Shown one piece after another: positions 12,001 to 17,390 of a stretch of DNA of 64,000 nucleotides; position 1 is the first letter of the stretch, and every line of letters begins with the position of its first letter. Under the pieces are notes generated by a model that was not told the origin of the DNA, ran no database searches, and worked only from the letters and a program-made list of their open reading frames with translations. Position numbers and translations under genes: made by a program. The DNA lies in NCBI GenBank assembly GCA_035495615.1, contig DATJFP010000021.1:9024-73023 (forward strand), in the 5' to 3' direction. The stretch comes from Verrucomicrobiia bacterium (lineage in GTDB: Bacteria > Omnitrophota > Omnitrophia > Omnitrophales > Aquincolibacteriaceae).

Positions 12001-14143
12001 GCTCGCCATCCTGATCCTGCGCGGCGTTTTCAGGATTTTTATCCGTGAGGCCAGCAAGGTCCAGGGCTGGCAGGATGAAATGGGCATTGACGAAGAAGTC
12101 GCTGTGGAAATTCTCAGATATGTGGCGGATTCCAGGGCGAGCATCGACAGCTACAAAAAATATTATGAGCAGGAAGAGCAAAAGCTGAGGGATGCCCGCC
12201 GCGAGCAGTCACTCGCCTTGATCGGCGAAATGCGCCGGCAGTTCGGGGCGGAAACGGCCCGGCCTTACGACGTCATCACATTCATGACGCAGCGCAAGAA
12301 TCACAAGAAAACCGTGACCAACAAACAGTTCCCGTTTTATCTCAGCGAAATCGAACAGGCCGTCCGGGAAGAAAAAATCTACGGGGCCAGCTACGGCGCG
12401 GGACGGCATGGGGCGGCCTTCCGCATCTATCTCGGCTTCGAGCCCGAGGACCTCAACACGGAGGTCGCGCTTTCGCCGGAAGAAGCTCTGCACCTGTTCC
12501 TGGATCACACGCTCATCGCCGTCACCAACGAAATCCGCAAAGGCGCGCTGGCCGTTGACACCCATGGGACCCAGCTCAAGAAGGAGAATTACGAGGAGTT
12601 TGCCGACGCGTTTTCGTGGAAGGGCATGGACTTTTTGAAAGAACAGATCAAGACCGGACGCCTGCAGCTCGTGCGACGGCAGGGAAATTTCGTCAAGCTG
12701 CGCGTTGCGGACATCGGCGAATATCTTCCAAAGGCGGAGTTGAGGGTGGCATCCGCGCCGCGGCAAGTGTATGTGCCGCGCTTTACCTGGGGTAAAAAAG
12801 ACGATTGGACCACCAACTGGAAAGAGTATCTCGAGGCATTATGGAAAAAATACGCGGGCACCGACGATGTCCGCAAAGTGAGTTTTTTCGCCGAATCGAC
12901 GCACGGCCTCTTCCACGATTTCCAGCCGGAACCCCGGGCCGAAGAATCCCTGGCTTTGCCGGTGTACGACAACAAGAAGAAGCTTGTGGGCGAAATCCAT
13001 GTCGTAGTCTTGGATGCGCACACGAACGCCGTTGCCATGCTGCGTTTGGTGAAGCCCGGCGAATTGACGGATGAAACCGACGCGTCAGGCGTGGAAGCGC
13101 GGATCGCGTCGAAGTGGAAAGGCTGGGCTAAAGTGCCCTTCGTCACCCAATTTGATTCGGGTGTGGAAATGGGATTGATGTCCACGGTGCGTCCGATCGA
13201 AGACATCCACCGCGAACTTCTCGCGGCTTTGCGCGGCCTTTGGGAAAAAGCCCAGGCGCAGGCGCGCGGGGAAGGCCGGGTCGTAGTCGACTTCCCGGTG
13301 CCCGCGAGTGTGACGCCCGACCGCGCGGAGTTACGGGAAGCGGCTCCGGAGAATCTCAATTTGTATTTTGCAGCGCAGTATCCGGCGTCTTTGGAAGCCG
13401 TGCGCTCGGTTTATGATGAAGTCGCGCGGCAGACTTTGAGCAATGTTCATCCGCGCTGGGTGCTGGAAGCCTTCCTGAACCTGTATGCTCCTTCGGCGCG
13501 GGATCAGGTCCTGGATCAAAGCCATCCGCTCTTCCAGGCCGCGCGCAAGGCCATGGGCGAATATGCGTGGCTCTTGGACGGCGATGCGTCTTCGCACGTT
13601 CAGCTCATCATGCGTCTGCCCGCGGGAGAAGATTATGCCGCTTATCGCGCATCGATCGTTCTGGCGCTGGGGCGCGGGGACAGGATTTCTTTCGTGGCGC
13701 CGGGCATGGATGAAGCTCAGACCGAAGCCGCGCGCCGGGCATTCCTGGGGCCGCTCGAAAAAGTTTTCGGAACCGCGCTTGCCGCGGACCGCAATATCCG
13801 CATCGTTCCCACGCCCGCCGGCCGCGCCGAAGTGCTGCGCGCCATTCAGCGTTTTGCCGCGGATCATTCGTTTGCCGGAGAAAGCGGCGTGCTGGATACG
13901 GACAAGGCGTTTCTGCAGGAAGTGGGTTTCCGCGGCTCGAAGCTTCTTCTCAATCCCGAGCAGCTGCGCCGCGAAGTCGCGGTCGTGATCACGGCTGCGC
14001 TGCTGCGCAGCCAGCTGCCGGACACGTACTCCATCGTCGAGCTCGACCAGTGGATGCGCGAAAAAGGCCTGGACGCGGACACGCTCGTCGCGCGCGTCAG
14101 CCAGATGATCCAGGCCATCGAAAGCTTCACGGCTTCCGCGTAA
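1..14143 (+). CDS. Giant multidomain protein, 5'-partial (>=4,710 aa in window). PutA-like proline dehydrogenase C-terminus and 1-pyrroline-5-carboxylate (glutamate-semialdehyde) dehydrogenase domain, fused in-frame to a ~3,850-aa extension of largely unknown function
   Basis: A single uninterrupted reading frame runs from the window edge to TAA at 14141-14143. The first ~75 aa match the end of the PutA PRODH barrel (YLVRRILENSANASFL). ALDH catalytic motifs are present (VAPWNFPLAI, EMGGKNAVIVDESADLD, FSYCGQKCSAGSRVIV, catalytic Cys). Downstream sequence is protein-like, with a TM hairpin, HEAT repeats, a Gfo/Idh/MocA Rossmann domain and 3 tandem repeats. Chance absence of stops over ~3,850 codons is negligible, but GC3 bias also suppresses stops, so independent in-frame genes or internal starts cannot be excluded. 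Confidence 0.72.
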   Translation, partial: IRSMAVVMAEAERLGIPKDQFEFQALYGMIPDEVVATLLEMGYRVRIYTPYGELLPGLGYLVRRILENSANASFLKNLSFKKKDIEAQLRDPRALVAVPPAPKPEEPVVIPAALEKRLAALERLANLWEGEPEAARRIHALVRERRALEQKAAASVLTVPGEANRYRYIPRGPGAVIIEDALNIPDLVEMLAAPLAGGNQVKVSLPTGVSPSTRQLIANVFDSAGFTRGEIEILDGVPGRAEQLAAQPELTWISYRGPPERENQFRRIVYSHLLDQNTPKRFVTQVTPDYAAEFVMGKSESQNTMAMGFATTLQKTGGEPGFTNESPVPLFRPENQRLMEEALARARAAFGKEYPLFIGGEEVILTEFMNSTNPAHPDQVIGRVSKGTAAHAAAAVKAAKAAFEGTEGVQGWGKKSAEERAAYLRKAAHIMAERKFDLAAVIVLEVGKTWRESLADVDEAIDFLNYYAANILTLEQEDQALAASDPRWANFKRAPNGVTAVVAPWNFPLAILTGMASGALAAGNTVILKPAGQSMVIAAKLMEIYRDAGFPAGVVNFVPGPGREVGGRLVGHEDVDTVVFTGSREVGLGMVEQAAASDRAGKRPKNVIAEMGGKNAVIVDESADLDQAVDGVINSAFSYCGQKCSAGSRVIVMREVYDKFTAKLRAKFEALNIGSPEEPDTLFGPVIDPAARQTIERQFKEHARDTEHLAVLAERKLVPEGRIDPAGSYVDPIIYLDVKRDSKLAREEIFGPVLVVMPAETFDEALSIANDTAFGLTGSLYSRIPSHIERYRDEVLVGNAYIERGSTGALVGWHPFGGYKQSGIGSKAGGRDYLMQFMHWEDTGASRPEMRSGIDMTALPGKLKALHAEAKRKLADAHEYHEKLNVMKQYQIDLEKLMGELYRSGRNWKETVAAMNLAEQLWKQEGWEPQFGRFLQHFILSQKMFMEVGQYQDLQEDVFRLVSQAGEPEDRLWAWWVYLAASTYHLRYFGLHVEARQDNNKLVVVDQQLIQKIMVEYFMPEFLKWRKEKAAEIAREGTAEHRTYRAMLWMLGSVFDYRIYDSESLAFSYASSNDRERRNKRFEYLRDPKEFFPGGPAESIPYFLKPMLAAAPEAEMKALLQEILEMRGRDVSAGRPEYIWDGANPRMRLIAAGILALGSGMEQLMHMPQESLDALAKESESNLLMLNATSQFRVGPYQALEEALHTAPSLADVPARLAEKTKPEFLISWPDFEARLQRQVQILKGGNLGIRNVDVANDYVEVVFGETGRRALEAMRRMLGILHGDFHRNPLGLRERPLESWGQIRPGTILKHYKRVQKDEPASWKTFYVMDVLPGENQDLDSAFVVSDDGKPRLLSRRGMERRLPEFQLVIPGVQPGVLQNPLVLLAPDADAEAVIRGILEKWVGGPEVIVPAQFKRGKELSGIAKKLAAVSGPIQPSDVNNAFREARLNFKTKGKGADIAAEINAALGRNETKTELRSANPRLLRILDYLAANPELQVRLQYPNDWPDSSRVEITGPLDYFGIKAAFGSVTENYEVKEDERFVFWDAEFAAYLAGQNRLYASPELPKSELRSDEQWPELEYVQSRIDLLNSAAQGWPNASPESLRSLVKGIRTLQAVLRAMEFKTPAVDWAGYEQSRKAKLARLQALEKSLRNVLLNRYVPWNLFGGLVLGIAAVAVMAVLKVPVMGIAVAVVFGGSFLLGTVFHIETLLVEGAIQQSAVPEFLHAEERAELRIGESAQFPDETDLKRRIHAFWEDYILNGVVYTGTDERYLPSIREHGLTSDEKSKPYDEEDYRFLRELAARASRPDAQGDYRQHAIVDFPSWSGFYITDDFRTAFSYAQRGPERVMLLERFLSTLIDYYDRGQVDPSVTRGDMERIRGLHEKYKTQRTGGVPVVIQIPMQRILPLLPEPMRGELQRYEAFEAQILARVRQFPMVDIGFIMKDIYLAGLLRNKGIEGTLPFTEDMRVIPYPPTFGEYHGELRAAPRPEMRATAAPKPASPQFFLETGFGPHGSVHSVYLLDPRINPARDKFTHHAITLRLGPGHYSEDYRDQTIVYDFFVTDKPYPADRDRLIDQSGYKGHAALQFDGEGRLESWRIDISGRRRAAFPWLEASLVRWLKSQKGKKFDRSNTDFPALSSLHPLYEKADRLLDRFKANGVLPADEERLAGEFAALGLNAAPALVDLVEFAHEAQDRNAALRVAVRALRMIGAPAAPQLIDALKRARDEETRADLLKALSGMKRAAVPALMAALRDPALRPYAASILQKTDPRRPTAITVSPIADFAQFKIPDEGTLPKKNILVYGGLGAVIPRFYKEHIEKLARRYNVELVALDLMPDDLARQRIESQGLPYSTYFQVPQGSPLFGQLGEFLKALLAEDPTGVLLVTRPNSHLDFVRWATENDMNVFVEKPVVLPGHVPALREVYRQHPDKVFAIDFFFDNKSALDGFELLKAKNFGALKSVNGRMIESNGIEKGREWLVNPRVSGGGLGMDMLVHLSALGDLLLSKFGLSLKDLELHPDESFLSRYEGAPEETETYARVAGHVKGVLVDLGAGKGAHTSAYYMILEGTKGTLEINLGTEKTPPFLELRDLRGRVVYHQDYGPDIGYYGTVGKIFDEAQGLGQVKQSERDFRMQATTRAVEVLEEAQQIVGEQYQSHKLGEDPDAAPRKAAPAVPKVDYPYRVVLPNAKHPGEEVQLVQVSTHEPGRFYWGIVGPHVEYEGVTVQFTKKRLVVSNLKFPENDLEDGNAVAVSILRWLLREARKYYPDAEHPLEITGVQTTEMMRIAEEVFEPESVEVYHAIEEKWRKPSEPGFDLYRAYGPVSLDFHDGSIKASRNGTGYKVDSNVSDAEVVLDGHKMTVRRDGRRVNTSFLVSFEMRGRPLAAALAEPMHAELRAVPLPQLAEAANEYLDGGRPDEAETLLTQQIAPLLRRSLGDSATAPENIAAGREVLYAYSKLIGARAGEIQAVTALEGTEGRERGAKMLAALEERVKESVEFLRHEKLRRERWSAAVQAEFEYLSAGLAGAYIAAAEKLLAAPEGDEAASRQAAARAWLDHAEGDLQAYEKYVRANSLYGEPFRMLTEWQARLAAARRLLPAAPAGEPETAAAAKPAVLPAAGPLLTDLTRQVHDLLNQQKREEAERVLTTEAAPLMRRYLEDSTGLPELPIKAGSYVVAGYNRLVRGTALFITAEPDLNGTQGREWAAEWLQHLDALIAETGFFLNHPKHRTAPWFDEATFNFHRNSLGVAQAYLSAAEKLMKSLDNDDASARKAAAETWLTRADKDLGFYEVFLRRYRMAPSFFDEFRTVQSRARALRETAFTEKPPAPAAKSVIAAEPNLPAMVKIMHQQLSGGMPDEAEALLLDKIGPLMRQYLTDSHDLPVIQISTGSYVTSGYSKLVGIRGEQLRTSTDEFEGREGRERAARLVERLERLNQEGRDILKHPKHRETEWHSRAQFYFNLVSADFAAAHVAAAEKLMKNLEGDDAEARKAQAKAWLELAEGELRVHDLFLQRQKLQPKYHDFLALWQERARQLRQRFFTEVQAVRETVPAPADGKSMAAVTTLAKPAGAAPAAVPPAVRQAPPAAKKPAEEVRSEPVRSREPQKKELTREIAGTIAAKVLHDLNQAKGDFAELADLEAFLVRQEGRAQKRHGIVSAGLTDPELKLLKSPEITAKAVAQLVTAIEEVRKKLAGGENAEEAAEPVKKGGRARRGEAPEEITAPQPSPGEEAPKKRDRAEKAAKKLDGKKDPRGHMRDLRDAVRSVRDGDTSEVRKLFPRAKQIMLRWDAHGNKTDVKEHLRAFRAAEALLHEEPAALKSELRMAEPRKIDRAGGLGNYVKEAVRRAPRYQVWGKQFFLSPDLPYDLPPESLAQAPAFVRQAIDHLRTRLIDQKGSHPMALAQAISLVEIEHWRREDEQFDAKRYQKLFQQLFESPLWLDEIANPEGKISIVLLGNTPDASHYIVWRGKDRNFAISNVSSMGRYAIRIREGTFKAMMDNHDPAALAILILRGVFRIFIREASKVQGWQDEMGIDEEVAVEILRYVADSRASIDSYKKYYEQEEQKLRDARREQSLALIGEMRRQFGAETARPYDVITFMTQRKNHKKTVTNKQFPFYLSEIEQAVREEKIYGASYGAGRHGAAFRIYLGFEPEDLNTEVALSPEEALHLFLDHTLIAVTNEIRKGALAVDTHGTQLKKENYEEFADAFSWKGMDFLKEQIKTGRLQLVRRQGNFVKLRVADIGEYLPKAELRVASAPRQVYVPRFTWGKKDDWTTNWKEYLEALWKKYAGTDDVRKVSFFAESTHGLFHDFQPEPRAEESLALPVYDNKKKLVGEIHVVVLDAHTNAVAMLRLVKPGELTDETDASGVEARIASKWKGWAKVPFVTQFDSGVEMGLMSTVRPIEDIHRELLAALRGLWEKAQAQARGEGRVVVDFPVPASVTPDRAELREAAPENLNLYFAAQYPASLEAVRSVYDEVARQTLSNVHPRWVLEAFLNLYAPSARDQVLDQSHPLFQAARKAMGEYAWLLDGDASSHVQLIMRLPAGEDYAAYRASIVLALGRGDRISFVAPGMDEAQTEAARRAFLGPLEKVFGTALAADRNIRIVPTPAGRAEVLRAIQRFAADHSFAGESGVLDTDKAFLQEVGFRGSKLLLNPEQLRREVAVVITAALLRSQLPDTYSIVELDQWMREKGLDADTLVARVSQMIQAIESFTASA
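970..2560 (+). other. Aldehyde dehydrogenase (P5C dehydrogenase, RocA/PutA-type) domain within the giant ORF
   Basis: N-terminal RocA-like FGKEYPLFIGGEEV. Motifs VAPWNFPLAI, ILKPAGQ, EMGGKNAVIVD, GQKCSAGSRV and C-terminal GWHPFGGYKQSGIGSKAGG. Confidence 0.85.
4990..5120 (+). other. Predicted two-helix transmembrane hairpin inside the giant ORF
   Basis: About 42 consecutive hydrophobic residues, LFGGLVLGIAAVAVMAVLKVPVMGIAVAVVFGGSFLLGTVF, flanked by charged residues. Confidence 0.5.
6570..6800 (+). repeat. HEAT/PBS-lyase-like helical repeats inside the giant ORF
   Basis: Repeated ~30-aa units APALVDLVEFAHEAQDRNAALRVAVRALRMIG / APQLIDALKRARDEETRADLLKALSGM / AVPALMAALRDPALRPYAASILQ. Confidence 0.5.
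6900..7900 (+). other. Gfo/Idh/MocA-family NAD(P)-binding oxidoreductase-like domain inside the giant ORF
   Basis: NILVYGGLGAVIPRFY...VLLVTRPNSHLDFVRWATENDMNVFVEKPVVL matches the Rossmann N-domain and EKP motif of the Gfo/Idh/MocA family. Confidence 0.55.
8750..10650 (+). repeat. Three tandem intragenic repeats of ~630-650 nt (~215 aa each) in the giant ORF
   Basis: Units start at ~8750, ~9410 and ~10060. Shared protein signature: (D/E)EAExLLT..IAPL(L/M)RRYL.DS..LP...GSYV..GY.KLVG ... EGRE ... HPKHR..W ... AAAEKLMK.L..DDA.ARKA.A.AWL. Each unit ends in a Pro/Ala-rich spacer. Confidence 0.7.
10650..11300 (+). other. Lys/Ala/Pro/Glu-rich low-complexity linker in the giant ORF
   Basis: Composition (AAPAAVPPAVRQAPPAAKKPAEE..., KKGGRARRGEAPEE..APKKRDRAEKAAKKLDGKKDPRG) consistent with a disordered segment. 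Confidence 0.5.
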
Positions 14144-14226
14144 GCTAGGTACCCCGGCCGCATGACCGGATGCTTCTGCCGGTCACCGAGAAATATTCTC
14201 GGCGCTATCCCCCGGCCTTTGTTGCT

Positions 14227-14255
14227 TTGACACGCCGGAACGCAGCTTCTATAAT
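14227..14255 (+). promoter_or_regulatory. Sigma70-type promoter for tRNA-Gly: TTGACA, 17-nt spacer, TATAAT
   Basis: Perfect consensus hexamers at 14227-14232 and 14250-14255, ~30 nt upstream of the tRNA 5' end. Confidence 0.6.
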
Positions 14256-14285
14256 ACACCGCCTCACCGCTCTACTTCTTCTTAC

Positions 14286-14359
14286 GCGGGCATAGCATAA
14301 TGGTAATGTCCCAGCCTTCCAAGCTGGTCATGCGGGTTCGATTCCCGCTGCCCGCTCCA
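14286..14359 (+). tRNA. tRNA-Gly (anticodon TCC), CCA encoded
   Basis: Hand-folded cloverleaf: acceptor GCGGGCA/TGCCCGC, anticodon loop CTTCCAA, T-arm GCGGG-TTCGATT-CCCGC, 3' TCCA. Confidence 0.85.
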
Positions 14360-14699
14360 ATATCCCCACCGCTTTCACGCACTCTCATGAAATTTGTTTC
14401 GCGAAATGCCTCACGAATGCAGGATGAGCGGTCAGCGGGAATCGAAGAGAGACCCTTTTGCCCTTGATCGACGGAGCTGCGACCTTATGGGAGCAGCGAC
14501 TTCCTTCGAAAGGGTCGAGTGGCCGACCAATCGCCGCGCGACGAATAAGTCGCGCACGCTTGGCGATGGGCGCGAGAAGGTGAGCGCCCCAGAAATGCCC
14601 GGAAGATTTGCGAGAAGCAAATCTGGAGGGCGCTTATGAGGCTGGAGGCGCCGATTCCCGTACGTTAAGAGCGAGATCACGTAGAAATGCGGCGGCTTT

Positions 14700-14745
14700 T
14701 AAATAAACACACGAATCCCTTGAAAGGATTCGTGTGTGATTTAAA
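14700..14745 (-). terminator. Rho-independent terminator downstream of the minus-strand desaturase gene
   Basis: 12-bp perfect stem ACACACGAATCC/GGATTCGTGTGT with 7-nt loop. The minus strand reads a T/A-rich tail (TTTATTTAAAAG) after the hairpin. Confidence 0.55.
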
Positions 14746-14762
14746 TCAGGAAGAGAAGAAGT

Positions 14763-15668
14763 TTACGCCGCCATAATCTTCTTGTTCAGAAGATCCTGCG
14801 AAGGAAGCTTGATCGCTTTCGCCAGCCCCAGCTTTTCGAGGATCTGGATCGCGAGATAAGTGGAATCAAATTCCCACCACTTGAGGCCGTGGCGCGCGGA
14901 GTGTTGAAAAGCGTGATGGTTGTTGTGCCAGCCTTCACCGTAGGTGATCAGGGCAACCCACCAGAGGTTTCTCGAATCATCTTTGCTGTCGTAGGTCTTG
15001 TAGCCCCACACATGGGCTGCGGAATTCACGAGCCAGGTGGAGTGATAAACCAGGACCAGGCGCACGAAAACGCCCCAGATCACATAGGGCCATCCGCCCC
15101 AGGCATACAGGCCGGCGGCGAGAAGGAAGGTCCAGAGAATGTGGATGCGGTCAAGGAACACAAGGCCTTTGTCTTTGGCCAGGTCCGGAGCGTGCTTGGA
15201 ATAGAGGGCGAAATTATCGATGTCCTTGCTTTTGTTCATGCACCAGCCCATGTGCGCCCAGAAAAAACCCTGAAGCGGGCTGTGCGGATCGCCTTCCATG
15301 TCGGAGCGCGTGTGATGGAGGCGGTGAGCCGCCACCCAGGAAACCGGGCCGCCCTGGCAGGCAAGCGAGGCAATGGCCGAAAGAACATATTCCAGAGGCT
15401 TCGGAACTTCAAAGCTGCGATGGGTCAAGAGGCGGTGGTACGTCAGGGTAATGCCCAGACCGCCGGTCACCCAGTGAAGTACGACGCAAAGCAGAACTGC
15501 GTCCCACCGGAACGGGGTAAAGAAGGCCGCCAAGGCGCCGATGTGCACGCCTATAATGAAGAAAGCCGGAATGATTTTGATATTGGCCAGCATTTCCCGA
15601 AACGTCTTTTTGGCCAAAGGACGAGTTTGGGGTGCGGCGACAGGTGCTTCTAAGAGATCAGGGGACAA
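14763..15668 (-). CDS. Acyl-CoA (delta-9 type) fatty acid desaturase
   Basis: Three His boxes HRLLTHRS, HRLHHTRSD, HNNHHAFQHSARHG. Multiple TM segments. Confidence 0.85.
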   Translation of the reverse strand: MSPDLLEAPVAAPQTRPLAKKTFREMLANIKIIPAFFIIGVHIGALAAFFTPFRWDAVLLCVVLHWVTGGLGITLTYHRLLTHRSFEVPKPLEYVLSAIASLACQGGPVSWVAAHRLHHTRSDMEGDPHSPLQGFFWAHMGWCMNKSKDIDNFALYSKHAPDLAKDKGLVFLDRIHILWTFLLAAGLYAWGGWPYVIWGVFVRLVLVYHSTWLVNSAAHVWGYKTYDSKDDSRNLWWVALITYGEGWHNNHHAFQHSARHGLKWWEFDSTYLAIQILEKLGLAKAIKLPSQDLLNKKIMAA

Positions 15669-15984
15669 GATTTGGCCTTCTTTCTTTAGGAATTGACGTA
15701 ATTTTTTCCGTGGAAGTTACCTAGGTATTTCGACGGAGGGCGAAGAATTCTGTATAGCTTAATCAATAAAAGCGGGTTTTACCAGCGGTTTTTCTGATTT
15801 TCCCTGAAAAAAGTATGCCCCGAACGGTCTAAATAGCCGTGCCCGCGCAACATACAATAGCGCCGATAATATTGTGCGAACGAGGAAGCAAGGACGGGAC
15901 GCTCCGAATAAATTTTAAAGCTTATCAGAAATTTTAAATATCAATATATAACTTAAAATATCATTCATGATCGATGCCCTGGCA

Positions 15985-16012
15985 TTGACACCCCGGGGTT
16001 TTTTGTTATAAT
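15985..16012 (+). promoter_or_regulatory. Sigma70-type promoter upstream of nusA: TTGACA, 16-nt spacer, TATAAT
   Basis: Hexamers at 15985-15990 and 16007-16012 in an AT-rich divergent intergenic region. Confidence 0.5.
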
Positions 16013-16045
16013 AGGGACCCAATTCAGAGTAGTGCAGGCACAGAA

Positions 16046-16078
16046 GTGGGCAGATTTTTCAGCCCACTTTTTTATTTT
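16046..16078 (+). terminator. Leader terminator/attenuator hairpin between the nusA promoter and the nusA start
   Basis: GTGGGC-agatttttca-GCCCAC followed by TTTTTTATTTT, ending 13 nt before the nusA RBS. The position matches NusA-dependent autoregulatory leader termination known in enterobacteria. Confidence 0.45.
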
Positions 16079-16091
16079 CAGGAGAGTTCAC

Positions 16092-17387
16092 GTGAATCAG
16101 GACCTTTTAACTTCATTAGAATATATCGAAAAAGAGAAGGGCGTCAGCCGCGAAGTCCTTCTCGAGGCGCTCAAGCAGGCGCTTCTTTCCGCGTGCCGCA
16201 AGACTTATCCCCACATCGAGGACGTCGAAATTCAGATCGATCCGATGACTTATAAGATCCGGCTCATGCATCAGGGCCGGGATATTCAGGACGCGAATTT
16301 CGGCCGTATTGCCGCGCAGACCGCCAAGCAGGTCATCATTCAGAAGATCCGCGAAGCCGAGCGCGACACCATTTTCGAAGATTACACGCAGAAGATGGGC
16401 GACATTGTTTCCGGCACCGTGCATCAGATCGAGAAGAAGGCCATTTTCGTGGACTTTGGAAAGTCGGAAGGCATTCTCCCCGCGCGCGAACAGTCGCCGG
16501 TCGACGAATTCCGCCAGGGCAACCTGATCCGCGCCTACGTGCTCGAAGTGAAGAAGACGCCGAAGGGCCCGGAGATCATTTTGTCGCGCGCGCATGAAGG
16601 ACTTGTGCGCCGCCTGTTCGAGCTCGAAGTGCCGGAAATTCATGACGGCATCGTGCAGATCAAGGGCGCCGCGCGCGAAGCCGGCTCCAGGACCAAGATC
16701 GCCGTGTTCTCCAATGACGACAAAATCGACTGCGTGGGTTCCTGCGTCGGTGTCCGCGGCCAGCGCGTGAAGAACATCGTGCGCGAGCTCGGCGGCGAAA
16801 AGATCGACATCATCCGCTATAGCGATGAAATCGAGTCCTACATCCGTAATTCCATGGCGCCGGCCGAGATCGCCGAGATTAAACTGAACCGCGCCGAGAA
16901 GTCCGCCGAAGTGCTCGTCGAAGACGACCAGCTTTCGCTTGCGATCGGCAAGAAGGGCCAGAACGTGCGCCTTGCGTCGAAGCTGCTCGGCTGGAACCTC
17001 GATGTGCGCAGCGTGCACCAGAAGATCCCGCTTTCGTCGCTCGAAGGCATCGGCGAAAAGACCGAAGAAATCCTGAAGGCGGCCGGCATCCAGTCCATCA
17101 AGGACATTCTCAAGATCACGGCCGAAGATTTGCAGAAGCTCCCCGGCATCGGCGAAAAGACCGCCGAGAAAATCATCATCGCGGCGCACCGCGTCATCCT
17201 GGAAAAGGGCGATGGTCCTCCGGCGCCTTCTTCCCGCACCGTGCTTCCCGAAGTCGGTGAAGAAACTCCGGAAAGCGAAAGCGCCGAAAGCGCAGAGGGT
17301 GCGGAAAGTCCCGAAAACGCGGAAGCGCCCAAGACCGAAGAAAATCCTGAGAACCCCGGGAAACCCGAAGGCACGGAGAAGCCGTAA
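16092..17387 (+). CDS. nusA: Transcription termination/antitermination factor NusA
   Basis: GTG start after an AGGAGAG RBS. S1 and KH domains. C-terminal HhH repeats (LPGIGEKTAEKI) and acidic tail. Confidence 0.9.
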   Translation: MNQDLLTSLEYIEKEKGVSREVLLEALKQALLSACRKTYPHIEDVEIQIDPMTYKIRLMHQGRDIQDANFGRIAAQTAKQVIIQKIREAERDTIFEDYTQKMGDIVSGTVHQIEKKAIFVDFGKSEGILPAREQSPVDEFRQGNLIRAYVLEVKKTPKGPEIILSRAHEGLVRRLFELEVPEIHDGIVQIKGAAREAGSRTKIAVFSNDDKIDCVGSCVGVRGQRVKNIVRELGGEKIDIIRYSDEIESYIRNSMAPAEIAEIKLNRAEKSAEVLVEDDQLSLAIGKKGQNVRLASKLLGWNLDVRSVHQKIPLSSLEGIGEKTEEILKAAGIQSIKDILKITAEDLQKLPGIGEKTAEKIIIAAHRVILEKGDGPPAPSSRTVLPEVGEETPESESAESAEGAESPENAEAPKTEENPENPGKPEGTEKP

Positions 17388-17390
17388 ACC

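Noticed and set aside
4823-12181. Long minus-strand ORFs (475, 776, 318 and 528 aa at 4823-6250, 6344-8674, 9638-10594 and 10595-12181) and assorted short ORFs antisense to or out of frame with the giant gene
   Set aside because: Compositionally biased (Arg/Gly/Ala-rich) with no motifs. Expected by-products of a high-GC coding frame on the opposite strand
14360-14700. Possibility that the structured region after tRNA-Gly is tmRNA, RNase P RNA or SRP RNA
   Set aside because: No tRNA-like 3' end or tag reading frame ending in ...LAA for tmRNA. No GGAAAGUCCGG or ACAGAACCCGGCUUA RNase P boxes. SRP domain IV motif not convincing. Left only as an unclassified structured region
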